A stretch of 64,000 bases of DNA, taken from positions 35,712,001 through 35,776,000 of the forward strand of contig NC_043012.1 of NCBI RefSeq assembly GCF_006345805.1. The letters are read 5' to 3'. A program made the position numbers and the translations under genes. This document shows positions 23,476 to 36,650 of the stretch, piece after piece; within the stretch, counting starts at the first letter, position 1, and each line of letters opens with the position of its first letter. The stretch comes from Octopus sinensis (lineage: Eukaryota). Under the pieces are notes generated by a model. It made no database searches. It saw only the letters and a program-made list of their open reading frames with translations, and was not told the origin of the DNA.

Positions 23476-23753
23476 AATATATATGTACCTGCCCGGGTAA
23501 CCATGTACTTCGTCTACAGCAAGGCACCTGTGTCTGCCTCAATGCCACACCTTAACCTTCATTATCTGACACGAAATTACCGTCTCCAATGCCCAGTTCC
23601 TTCTCAAAGGATCTTTGTCTTGCAAGTTACTTGGTGACCCCATTATTGCTGGTACACCCAGTATATACATACACATACGTGTGTACATAGAGATACCTAC
23701 ATAGATTTAGTCTGCATGTATACATACACCGGCGGACGTCTACAGACATATCT

Positions 23754-24135
23754 GGAAGCACTCCGTTGGTTACGACGACGAGGGTTCCGGTTGATCCGAT
23801 CAACGGAACAGCCTGCTCGTGAAATTAACGTGTAAGTGGCTGAGCACACCACAGACACGAGTACCCTTAACGTAGTTCTCGGGGATATTCAGCGTGACAC
23901 AGAGAGTGACAAGGCCGGCCCTTTGAAATACAGGTACAACAGAAACAGGAAGTAAGAGTGAGAGAAAGTTATGGTGAAAGAGTACAGCAGGGATCACCAC
24001 CATTCCCTGCCGGAGCCTCGTGGAGCTTTAGGTGTTTTCGCTCAATAAACACTCACAACGCCCGGTCTGGGAATCGAAACCGCGATCCTACGACCGCGAT
24101 TCCGCTGCCCTAACCACTGGGCCATTGCGCCTCCA
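23754..24135 (-). mobile_element. Full-length tRNA-derived SINE (family B: same head as A, different tail)
   Basis: Perfect 13-bp TSD TACAGACATATCT (23741-23753 / 24136-24148); near-identical to 37834-38217. Confidence 0.9.
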
Positions 24136-24253
24136 TACAGACATATCTAGACATGTATACATAGACTTATACAAACGAAAATGTATACATATATACAAAC
24201 ACTTGGCTTGTTTTCGTTTATATATATCATATAAATATCAAAGAGTTATACAC

Positions 24254-25321
24254 ATCAAAGAGTTCCTGGACTACTTCTCTTGCGTGCCAACAGACGGCAG
24301 CACAATGTTGCGTGCGCAGTGAGAGTTAGCAATGACTTCCATGAGGCAGTGTGCCAACTGACATCGCTGTGTTTATTTTGCAAGTTGTGAAATTTGTGAT
24401 CACTTGTATGATGTGGTCTGCGATTTTTCTCACGGGCTGCAAGTTAAAGCAAATATTCAACGTGAAATTTTGCGTCAAACTTAGGATATGTCTGCTACAG
24501 GGACATCGAGCATGCTTCGACAAGCTTTCGGCGACGAGACAATGAGGCGAGCGGAATGTTTCGAGTGGCACGGGCGCTCCAAAAGATAAAGAAGGTCCCT
24601 GGAAAACGATGGGTGGTCTGAAAGGACTGTCGCCGTGAACGTCATGCCTGGAAATGTGGAGCAAACTCATCAGGGTGTGCATGAGAATCGTGGAAGGACG
24701 AAGACGTTCTGCAGTGTTTGAGGGAGGACATTCGGTGAAAGGGACCGCATCTTTGAAACGCGAAATATTGCCGTCTTCGCGACGACAACGCCCTCTGTCA
24801 CCGAGCTCTCTTCACTCGGGAATTTCTCACCAAAACATGCTATCGCTTCCGTACCCACCCTCTTCGCCAGATTTAGCATCTGCAGACATCTATCTCTTCC
24901 GCAAGATGAGAATACAGCTCAAAGGTCGCCGTTTTAACACAGTTGTCGAGATCCAGAGCTAATCGTAGAAGGTCTTCGATTCGCTGACAGAAAGCGACAT
25001 GCCGGGTGGATTCCAAAAGCGGCAGGAACTCTGGAACGGGTGTAATGCAGCGCAAAGGGACTTTTTCAAAGGAGATGGTGTTTTAAGCAATAACTCTTTT
25101 ACTCATTTACTTGTTTCAGTCATTTGACTGCGGCCATGCTGGAGCACCGCCTTTAGTCGAGCAACTCGACCCCGGGACTTATTCTTTTGTAAGCCCAGTA
25201 CTTATTCTATCGGTCACTTTTGCCGAACCGCTAAGTGACGGGGGAAACAAGTTATTTTTTATCAAATAAGTTGTTTTTGTATTAAAAATGACTGGTTCTG
25301 GGACTTTTTGATACCAGCTCG
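24254..25321 (+). mobile_element. Internally deleted mariner (irritans-like TIR) with a SINE C fragment at ~25092-25244
   Basis: KQIFNVKFCVKL and PYPPSSPDLASADIYLF..LKGRRF remnants. Right TIR GGACTTTTTGATACCAGCTCG+TA; partial left TIR ATCAAAGAGTTCCTGGACT. Confidence 0.85.
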
Positions 25322-25533
25322 TACGTAGGTACTCCATATAGGTAGGTATTTGCAATCACTCAAATATGCTCGCCCATACACATGTAATACATGTATTCCC
25401 ATACACATACAGATACATACAGACATACATATGCATAGGCATGTATGTATACACTTATGTACACACATGCAGAGATACACACACGCAATATATACATATA
25501 TACGTATACACACACGCATACAAACCCATGTAC

Positions 25534-25564
<31 letters not shown>

Positions 25565-25703
25565 TATACATATAAATATAGATGCATACACACACATATC
25601 TACATACACATATATACACACACACATATATATACATACACATACACATATATATATAAACTGACATGCGTATATATAGCGATAGACACATCCATATGTA
25701 TGA

Positions 25704-25766
<63 letters not shown>

Positions 25767-25908
25767 CACACATGTATACACACTCTTACAAATATATTTA
25801 TATATATACGTATATAAACACACACACATATTATATATATATATACATGCATATATATATATATATATATATATAAATGTATATACACACATACACACTT
25901 ATATACAC

Positions 25909-25941
<33 letters not shown>

Positions 25942-26000
25942 TACATACATACATACATACATACATACATACATACATACATACATACATACATACATAC

Positions 26001-26385
26001 AAATTGGAGGCGAACGCCTTTCTCCATGTGATCGACTTGAAAAATTGTTAAGACACTTAGATATTTTCCTACTTTTCTTAACGTGAAACCAATGGTAGCC
26101 TTAATTCACAAATAAAGAAACTATATCCATCCATGCGGTGTTGCACACTCATTTCATTGTTCTACATTTACGTATGTGACCGCGTGTGTACCGTTGGCGA
26201 TTTTTCCCCTCCGTCTTCCCTTCCTTGGATCTTTCCTTTTCCTATGTTTCTGACGATGAGCTCCGCTCGAAACGTTAAATCCTCCTTCTTTCCTTCCTTT
26301 CCTGAGCGTTCAATAACACTATACTTGTTCCATGTCCTCGCATTGCTGTGTTTTCTCTTTGTGTTTTCATGTTTGGATTAACTTT
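26001..26385 (+). mobile_element. Penelope-like 3' end with a minimal hammerhead motif, ending in (AT)n
   Basis: GTTT-CTGACGA-T-GAGC tcc GCTC-GAAA-CG-TT-AAAT at 26246-26280; downstream TTCCTGAGCGTT..TAACAC..CTTGTT parallels the 23326-23475 element. Confidence 0.65.
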
Positions 26386-26625
26386 ATATATATATATATA
26401 TATATAATATACAAAATAAGAAAATGGAGAAATACATCGAAATCAAATATCAATTACCAGATAATACTCAATCACATACTTTATTAAACCACTACATAAG
26501 AAACTATAAGGTTAAACATAATAATGCAGGGTAAGCTTTTGGCCCGATGTAAATAATCCTGTAAATAATAATGGTATTTTTATACGGCGCCGCTTTTACA
26601 ATCCTGTAAATAATAATGGTATTTT

Positions 26626-26852
26626 TATATAAGCTTAGAGCTTATGGCCATCACCGTGCAATGGCTAAGGAAAATAGTCTAATAACGGGGCATATAAGCC
26701 CTTGATAGAAAAAAGAAGGCTTTCCTATCCGCGTGGGAGTCGACGCGGATAGGAAAGCTTTCTTTTTTTCTGTCGAGGGTATATATGCCCCTGTATTAGA
26801 CTATTTTCCTTAGTCATTGCACGGTGATGGCCATAAGCTCTAAGCTTATATA
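26626..26852. repeat. Long inverted repeat (foldback/MITE-like): ~110-bp arms, 8-nt loop
   Basis: Arms 26626-26734 and 26743-26852, loop GGGAGTCG; 8 substitutions and one 1-nt indel by manual alignment; TA-rich flanks. Confidence 0.95.
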
Positions 26853-27112
26853 TATAAAGAGTAGTTATGGAAAATCTTAGATAGAGGAATGAAATAGTAG
26901 GGCACTGCAAGGAAAAGGCGTGAGGAAAAATGTGAAGACAAAAAAGATACTTAATAGTAGATGGGAGGGTGGACGTAAAAGATCAAAAGAAAAAGAAAAA
27001 AACATTAAAATATGGGTGCGCGTATGCTGCTAAATGGAAAGGTTCGTGCACAGAAGAGAAAATGATATGTGTGAGAGTAAGGAGGAAGTGAATCGGGTTG
27101 TTGGCTCCGCTG

Positions 27113-27487
27113 TTGCTGTTGAGCGAACGGTCTTCGTCCCAGAACTCGCAGTGGGAGAAGTCCGAAATGTGGTCCTTTGCTATTCGTAAGACCCGCAGAA
27201 GAGAAAGCAGGTCAACCACCGACACCGAGAGCATCGACGGATGGATGAATGCGCATCCAGGGCTCAGCAGTTGCGTAGGAAGTCGGAGACAAGAAACAGA
27301 AAGAAAGAGTGAGAGAAAGTTGGAACGAAAGAGTACAACAGGGGTCGCCACCAGCCCCTGCCGGAGCCTCGTGGAGCTTTAGGTGTTTTCGCTTAATAAA
27401 CACACACAACGCCCGGTCTGGGAATCGAAACTGCGATCCTCCGACCGCGAGTTCGCTGCCCTAACCACTGGGCCATTGCGCCTCCAC
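27113..27487 (-). mobile_element. Full-length family A SINE
   Basis: Reverse complement of 6898-7287; 14-bp TSD TGTTGGCTCCGCTG (27099-27112) / TGTTGGCTCTGCTG (27488-27501). Confidence 0.9.
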
Positions 27488-28034
27488 TGTTGGCTCTGCT
27501 GATTGGCTATGTCTAAAGGTTTTAAGGATTTTGTGTTTGCAAAGAATTATATATGTTCACTTCTTTTGTTCAGAAGCTGTGTATCCGATAACAATATCTG
27601 GGTTGCCTCTTGCGTGTACAATTGGCACTGTCCTTTTCCGCCGCTGTGTGGCGCTTGCGTGTTTTACAACACTCCAGACATTTCGTCCTTTCTCTGCTAT
27701 TTTTCTCCAAAGCGTTTGGCACTATACGTTCGTTTCTAACCCTCGTACATATGTGTGACTGTGTGTGTGTGTGTGTGAATATATATGTATATGCATATTC
27801 TCTATCTCTGCTCTGTGCATGTGTGTGTGTGTGTGGGTGTGCAGTTGTGTATCTAAATACATTCTATAGGGACGCACATATATTTATATATGCGTGCGTG
27901 TAGTGTGTAGTGTGTGTGTGTGTATACGTGTGTGCATCTACCCCTATATCTCTGCTTTCTCTCTGCATGACTATACATCTGCGTAAGTTTTCCTTTATTT
28001 TTCATTCTGCTGTAAACGCATGCGTATATTTTCA

Positions 28035-28370
28035 CACCTCTCTCTAGTCATGGACTGATCTTTCCATAGGCATTAACATCAACTTTCTTACTTGTAACAC
28101 CTCTATCTTCTGAAAATGTAACTCTCCCAAATAAAGAGCACTTCATATTCAAGGCTCTGACGAAGCTATCGCATGTTATCCAGGCACTCAACTGAATATC
28201 CACCACACCTTACAGCAGAAACAACTGTAAGCTCATGACACGCATCACATAACATTTGCCTTTTCCAGTATAATCTCTTTGTTCCTATCACCACTCTTTA
28301 CTCTTTACTCATCCTACATTGCCTTCTGCACCAGCTTATTAGTCTCGCTATGACTAAGCGAAATATGAAG
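28035..28370 (+). mobile_element. Penelope-like 3' end/pLTR with a type I hammerhead motif (28153-28233), ending in (AT)n
   Basis: GGCT-CTGACGA-A-GCT...AGC-A-GAAA-CAACTG-TA-AGCT. Upstream GGCATTAACATCAACTTT (GININF) resembles the GIN..F C-terminus of PLE ORFs; AATAAA at ~28129. Confidence 0.6.
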
Positions 28371-29476
28371 ATATATATATATATATTCATGCGCCACGCC
28401 TAGGAGTTGTATGTATGTTATATATATATATATATATATATATAATTATATATATATATATATATTATATATTATAATATATACATACATACATATGTAT
28501 ATATATAGGTATGCGTTTGTATGTATGTATGTCTGTATGTATTCCAACATATGCACCTCCCTCTCACATTTGAAATATATATTTGCGGTAATATATTAGA
28601 ATCAGTACATGACACGAATTCATATTTCTCACGGTCCCACTTTTAAGTGTAAACTTTGTGTTTTATTGTCAATGGCAGACGATAAGAAAGAGAGAAATTG
28701 TAAGAGCAACATAAAGATTATGAACAGATCAGTGAAAAACAATAGAAAAACCGGAAGCATACAAACGGAGCCGAGAGATTTCGATGGATTTTAGACGGAT
28801 CTTCTGTTCGTAGAATATTTTACAAATAAATGTCAGGAATGTAGGGAAAGAGAGAAAAATAATTAAAATCAGTTTATGAAAGTGGAATTTTGTTTTTAAC
28901 ACCACAAATTATGTCAATTGCACAATTATATATTAAATGTTAATAGTATAAATGGACAATTATGTTAATATTACAGTTAAGTAATTAGAATATTATATTA
29001 AGAATATAAATAAATAATTATAAATAATCGTAATAGTAGTACAAATAAGTTATTTGCGAATATGAAAATAAATCTATGTTTAGAACGATATCTTGAAATA
29101 CGAAGATGTCTCAGCTAAAAAGAAAACACCAGAAACCGCAAACAGGACGAACATATTAAAAACAAAATGTAGCCTGCATATAGGAATAAACTTATCACCT
29201 GACACAAATTCGTGTTTGTGTGTGTGTTTGTACATACACACTCACACACACACACACACACACACACATACTTACATGAAAACATACATACATACATACA
29301 TACATACATACATACATAACTGCATGCATGCATACATGCATACATACATACATACAAACATACATGCATACATACATACATACATACATACATACATACA
29401 TACATACGTATACACAGATATATGCATACATACATATACACACATACATACACACGCATATATATATATACACACA

Positions 29477-29508
<32 letters not shown>

Positions 29509-30269
29509 CACTCATACAAACATACATACATACACAAACATACATACATACATACATACATACACACACATACATACACACATACACACATACACACAAA
29601 CACATACACTTACATATATACATACACATACATACATACACACACATACATATATACATACAGACTCTAGTCCCTCTCTATACAATATGTCTATACAATT
29701 ATGTGCTTTGACAACAGCATTGGAGCAGTTTCGCTCTTATTTCTAGCCATGTCGGTGTTTCTAGTTCTAATTCTAATAAAGAGTTTGACAGGCAATAAAC
29801 TTCAGTCGCCGAAAGAACTGAAAGAACAATGGATTCTGCTGCCAAAGACAAACCGTCTCAACTCAAGCAGAGCAAGAAATACGATAGCCTTAATGATAAG
29901 AGTTTGTATCAAGATGAAGGTCTCAGGAACACTTGAGGGGTGTCTGTCTTATCATGTCACTTACAATTGTCGAAGAGAGTACCAAAATTCAATAGCAATA
30001 AATAATACTTTATTTTTCCGGAATCGCAAAATACAAAATATGTACACATATATTTTCCTTAAGGGCGAATCGGTAGCCAAGTCCACAAGACTGTTCACAA
30101 ATGTTCACTCGGGTGAGCCAAAATTACCGTCTCCGTTCCCGCTTAGAAGAAGAGCTTCTCTCTCTATATAGGGTTTTCCCTGAGAGAAAGTTGGTCACGT
30201 CCACTCGGTAGGGTTGCTGATTCAAAAATAGACAGATTTAGCGGAAACGCTTTCAGTTTGCAGTTCTCT

Positions 30270-30332
30270 GCACATGCGCATGAGGGAACTTCCAGCGGCG
30301 TACCGGAAGTAATCCAACTCTGCGCATGCGCT
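30270..30332. promoter_or_regulatory. Housekeeping-type promoter/enhancer motif cluster (NRF1-like x2 plus ETS)
   Basis: ACATGCGCATG (30272-30282), CCGGAAGT (30303-30310) and TGCGCATGCGC (30321-30331) in unique CpG-retaining sequence; outward-facing donor-like sites at 29964 (-) and 30448 (+). Confidence 0.55.
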
Positions 30333-30962
30333 CTGAAAACTTCCAAAGATAGCGTCACTACAAGTTTAACAATATTTGCTGTGTTGTCCTCTTGGCCGTC
30401 TTTAAATTTAAGGAAACGCTTAGTGAGCCATGGTACTGTTATTAAGCTGTAAGGTCATAGATTGAACTCGTGATGAACATATTTGTGTTATTCAGATATA
30501 TACTATAGAATAAAATTGAGAGTGATGGGGGTGAGTAAATATTCTTTTCTATTCTAGGCCCAAAATTTGGGGGAAGGGGGCAGTCGATTAGATTGTTCCC
30601 CAGTACTGAACTGGTACTTAATTATTCGACTCCGAAAGGATGAAAGGCAAAGTCAACCTCGGCGGAATTTAAACTTAGAACATAAAGACAGGCGAAAGGA
30701 GGGGGGGTAAATATAAATTGATCTCTGTTATCTGTTAGGGTGATCACATGGGTGATCACTGGTGCAATTCTCAGTCAGAAGTCAAATCTTCAGTTTAAAT
30801 AGATTTTAAAACGAACTCTACCATACGCATTGAGCACTACCGACCACTTACAATCAGTAATAAGTTGTATGTGTGGATGTGCGTTTGTATCTGTGTACGT
30901 ATGCGTTATGTGGATGTGTTTTCTTTAAATTTATGCGTTTTACTAAAGAAGTTCAACGTAGC

Positions 30963-31021
<59 letters not shown>

Positions 31022-31059
31022 TGTGTGTGTGTGTGCGCGAGTGTTTGAGTGCTTGTGTA

Positions 31060-31330
31060 CTCTGAAAATATTGGTTGCCAGGAGAATAAGGGTCCCACCC
31101 GCAACTACAATGGTATCATTTAATTTTTTTTATGTTGTCAAAAGTATTCTCCTCAACTGCCAAGCCAGGCTGAAATAATTAATGCATTCTTCTAGGAGTG
31201 AATAAAAAAATTCTCAAGCTTGAAGGGATGGTCCCCTTAGATACTAACATGGGCTCCCATATATGGATTCTAATGGTGCAGGGGCCCACTTGCCATCGGG
31301 CAAGCTGGCAACCTGGCCAGTCCGCCACTG
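31060..31330. mobile_element. DNA transposon (hAT-like) terminal fragment
   Basis: Ends in GGCCAGTCCGCCACTG (revcomp CAGTGGCGGAC), a hAT-like terminus; no partner TIR seen. Confidence 0.4.
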
Positions 31331-31332
31331 TA

Positions 31333-31416
<84 letters not shown>

Positions 31417-31417
31417 A

Positions 31418-31448
<31 letters not shown>

Positions 31449-31455
31449 TATATCG

Positions 31456-31487
<32 letters not shown>

Positions 31488-31608
31488 TATATTATATATA
31501 TTATATATAATTTCTATATATGTATAATGTATATATATATATATTATATAATATATATATATATCTATATATAATATTGTGTGGTGTGTGTGTGGTGTTG
31601 TGTGTGAG

Positions 31609-31718
<110 letters not shown>

Positions 31719-31720
31719 TA

Positions 31721-31756
<36 letters not shown>

Positions 31757-32274
31757 AGGATGACCACTAAGTGGACATCCATTATGCTAGATGCAGACCC
31801 CATATGGTCTGACCCCTAAGAAAAGATTATTCTCAGAAAATTCAGCAACGTTAGTATGTAATATAATTTTTCCTGAATCTTCAGAGTTTTCAATATTCTA
31901 GGCACTGGTTTTAAAGGATATTAAGCAAACTAATATTCGATTTTCTCCCTTATTATTAATATATATATATAATATATATATATATTATATTATATATATA
32001 ATACACGCAGCACACATACACACATCTATATAAATACACATATGTAAGTTGTTTATATGTATGTATGTATGTATATATTACATACACACACACATATGTG
32101 TGTATGTATACCCGTCATATATATCCACACACACACACACCACACACACACCACACACACACCACACACACACCACACACACACGGAGAAGGAGAGGAGG
32201 AGAGAGAGAGAGAGAGTGAATTGAGATCAAAATGACTAACGACACTGAATAACCTTTCGTTTTTGTCAACATGT

Positions 32275-32570
32275 TATTGTTGTTGTTGTTGATGGTGGGG
32301 GGTGCGGGGCGGGTGGGGTGGTGGTGGTGGTGGTCGTCGTCGTCGTCGTCGTCGTCGTGGCGGTGGCGGCGGCGGAGGAGAAGGAGGCGGTGATGATAGT
32401 GGTAGTGGTGGCAGTGGCGGAGGCGGCGGTGGTGGTGGTGGTGGTGGCTGTGGTGGTGGTGGTGGTGGCGGTGGTGGAGGTGGTGGCTGTGGTGGTGGTG
32501 GTGGCTGTGGTGGTGGTGGTGGCTGTGGTGGTGGTGGTGGTGGTGGTGGTTGTGATGGTGGAGATGGTGT
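32275..32570. repeat. (GGT/GGC/CGT)n trinucleotide array
   Basis: Directly visible. Confidence 0.95.
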
Positions 32571-33109
32571 GTCGTATAGTAAGGAACTATTTTAATATTT
32601 CTCTCTCTCTTCTGCTTCTCTCACAGATTTTAAAATGTCTGTATGGCTGGAATCGGTTGGTCACGTTCCCTGGACACGGACGGACGGACACACACACACA
32701 CACACACACATACACATCACACAGAGAGACACACCCGCACGAACACATACACACACAGACATTTGCACATTCGTACATAAAGAGCTGAACATATTAACAC
32801 ACACACACACAAACATATACACACGTACACATACTGACATACATGTATTCACAAGCAACTGAGCACACACACACACACACACACACACGTACCCCACCTG
32901 ACACCCGCGTCAGTCTCAATAGGCCGGGCGTGTCAAATATTTACGACACAAATCTGAATATTTGTTTGATAAAGAGCAACATTGTTGTTATTCCTCTTGC
33001 TTGATTTCCAATACGTGTGTTTCATGCTAACCCAGATGCTTCTCCCTCAGCCTTAACTGCCTACGCTGCTTAGTTTATTAATATTATTGTTATTATCATT
33101 ATTATTATT

Positions 33110-33820
33110 GAGTGAGAGAGCAGTGCATGCCATCAAAGTGACACTGGGGTAAAATATACGAAGCCCAGTATACCCATCATGACTACCCGTCTGATAAGGG
33201 TACCCCAGGCACATGCAGCACAACCATATGTGCCCGACATGGTGATCTCATATCAAGATAAACAGTGCATGACCTTGCAGGTGGGGGCCCAGTTAGAATG
33301 TTCTGGTCGAGTAACCCATCTCACTCAAAAGGTCCCTGAATAAGGATTGTTTAAGGATGTTGAACGAACCACCCATGTTTCCAGAGGTGAATTATCCAAA
33401 CCTCCCAAAATTCCTCTCCACATATGGCTATAATGCTCCCCCATTACTTCTGCTCGTGGTCAGAGATGCACATATCGTCAGCTCAACTGGTGAAGGTCAA
33501 ACAACTAACAAGCAAATCTGTGGTATTGAGCAGAATATTTGCTGTAGCCCATATTTTATACCAAGACAAAACAATGTACATGATAAGACAAAACAATGTA
33601 CATAATATCTGGTCAAAATATTTGTTTGTACCTTTCTTAATCATTCCCAGGGTCTCTACAAGAACTGGGATGGTTTGGGGTTTTAATTGCCACGTCCTAG
33701 ATATCTCAACCTCAAGGCCCTTATATTTCGACAGTTTTTCAAATTCCTTTGCTGAGATGTTTCTATCACTAGGCACTATTATATCAATTAATAGGCATGT
33801 TTTTTGTCTTTTATTTTGTT
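33110..33820 (-). mobile_element. 5'-truncated Dong/R4-clade non-LTR retrotransposon (RLE C-terminus + 3'UTR) inserted in (TAA)n
   Basis: Minus strand KTCLLIDIIVPSDRNISAKEFEKLSKYKGLEVEISRTW..PVLVETLG is a restriction-like endonuclease region of the R4 type; (ATT)n on both flanks. Confidence 0.85.
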
Positions 33821-33838
33821 ATTATTATTATTATTATT

Positions 33839-33938
<100 letters not shown>

Positions 33939-36249
33939 ATTTTTTTAAGGATTGACGTTATTCCTCCCGAAAGTAAAGAAACAATAAGAAGAGTGCGACT
34001 GTTAGCGAATGAACAATATTTCGAAATTTCACAAATTCTTCCACAAATTCGAAATAATCACCTCAATCTCCTTTATTTTTGTAATATTTAAAGATTGACG
34101 TAACTCCTCTCGAAGCTAAACGATGCCTTCATGGTGACCATTTTTCGTAGAATCTAAACTAGTTGGAGGCACTTGATTATTCAAAGACAATATTTATTTT
34201 TAAGCGCTTTCCTCTGTGTCCATTCATTGGTCATCCATATTTATTTTAACATTTTTTTGTCTCTGTTCCTCTTCCTGTTGGCACAACATTTTATTTCTAT
34301 TTTATTCTAACCTACATCTTGGTTGGATACGAATTGTTTGTTAAGAGTATCGTTACGCATTCACAGCCATTTGAAAAGGATTTCCTGCTTCAGGTGGTTT
34401 TTAATTTTAAATATTTCCAGTTCTGTAGTAATTGTTTCTCTTACTCATGTCGCTTCGTCATTGATTTCATTCAAGTTTAAGAGTAATGTGGTTCTTTAGC
34501 TTTATATCTTTCTTCGTTTGTTCGCTATCTACACAGTTTGCTTCTGTTTTGGTATTCTTATATGAGTGGATCTAAGCGACTCCCCACTCTCCTTTGCTAC
34601 TACTCTGGCTTATGGACAGATTATTTGGTCTATTCTGATGATATTAATACTCGTGTCCGTTTTCTTTAAGTCTGCGCTGACCAAGCTCATATTTCTTATA
34701 GTTGTTGTTAGCATTTTATCGTTAAATTTTATCTTGGTGGTGCTAAAGTCTTTCTTTCGTCTGTAGGGAGATTTATGAATTCTAAATTGTTTTCATAATT
34801 TACATCATTAGAATTTTATGATTCTGAAAAACAGTCTACCGTTCTGCATATTACAGATAAAAAGGCTCGCCGCCTTCCAACATTCTCAGGACGGAAGATT
34901 CAGTTTGAGGTGGCAGACGATGAATAGACATGCGCTAAATTTGTGTCATCCCCAGAGATTTATGGACAGTGAACGAAGGTGGATCATTGTTTGTGAGGCA
35001 GATGTTCCTGAAAACGATGTTTTTGATGGAGCTGCAGTCTTATGTCAACTTAAGACCAAAACTGAGCTCCTGCCATCTGGAATTTTGTCAGACGCCCACA
35101 ATTCTCCACGAAGATTCATTAAGCAGACTATTCTGGAGGACTTTCAGCCTGAAAAATATAGGTAATTCCCAGACATTCCTGACCAGGAAGCGCTACAAAG
35201 GGACATTACCGGATTAAACTCGACAGTTATGGTAATGATGTCAGTCGGACTGGGTCGAAATGATAACCATTATCAGACTATGAATCTCTGGAAGCTGTTC
35301 ATAGACTTGGAACTGAAAGTGATTCACAATACATATTGTTTAATTGTTGTTTGTCGACGTTGAGAGTTCTCCCAAGAACATTATCGTTTTTGCCCATCAC
35401 TAATCCTGCTACCCCCCCCCCCAACATTCTTGACCCGTTTCCGACCTCATTGTCAGACAGAAGAACTGTAAGTGCCTCATAAAAATCCGGAGGCCAGGCA
35501 TGCAATCCACTCTCAGTCCTTCGCTTCACACATGACGCTAGCAACATCGAAGAGATGAGCTGCAAAAAAAAAAACGAAAAACAAAAAACATATCTCACAA
35601 ACAGCAACCACACCTGCCCACCGTTCCGGAATCTCTGGAGATGCTATGTCCTAATCATGCAAGGTGACAGTACACTTCTCCACATACCTTTCTCACGTCT
35701 TATCTTTGGGAACTGACCTACATTCTAAATTTCTATTCTTCTTTTTCTTTGGTGGGCCACGTTAACGAAAGATTAGCTGTTAGTTACAGATTCCATTGTT
35801 GCTGACCTGACCTTTTTTTTTTGTGAACTTGTTGTTCACTTTTTATATATATTGTGTAAATGTCAGAGTCTGCTTGGTTAAATATTACCTTTCTTTCTTT
35901 TTACTTTCCTTCTTTCTTTCTTTCTTTTGTTTGTAAACTTTATTGTTTCTTTTTTTTAAATTTATTCCCACAAAGTGATCGAAGACCCGTTCATAATTCT
36001 AGGGCGCGACTAAACTAAGATGTAAGACACCACCAGGCAACACCACTACCCCACCACCACCACCACCACCACCACTAACTATCCGTTCCTAATAACATCA
36101 TCATCACCAACATCGCCAACTCCATCATTAGCATTTCGCTGTCAACACCAATCCCACCCACGACCACCCCTAACAACAATTGCAATAGCAACACTAACCA
36201 CAATACCAATAGCCCAAAGACTCCACCCCTAATAACACCATTATAACGA

Positions 36250-36650
36250 ACAACACCACCACCACCACCACCACCATCACCACCACAACCACCACCACCA
36301 TCACCACCACAACCACCATCACCATCACCACCACAACCACCACCACCATCACCACAACCACCACCACACCACCATCACCACAACCACCACCACCACCATC
36401 ACCACCACAACCACCACCACCATCACCACCACAACCACCATCACCACCACAACCACCACCACCATCACCACAACCACCACCACCACCATCACCACAACCA
36501 CCACCACCACCATCACCACCACAACCACCACCACCATCACCACCACAACCACCACCACCATCACCACAACCACCACCACCACCACCATCACCACAACCAC
36601 CACCACCACCATCACCACCACAACCACCACCACCATCAACACCAACATGA
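36250..36650. repeat. (ACC)n array with ~24-bp higher-order periodicity
   Basis: Regular alternation of ATC and ACA variants; the minus frame has Met about every 8 codons. Confidence 0.9.

Noticed and set aside
34100-35990. Possible LINE ORF1/ORF2 remnants
   Set aside because: Coding-like composition but no diagnostic motif could be identified by eye.
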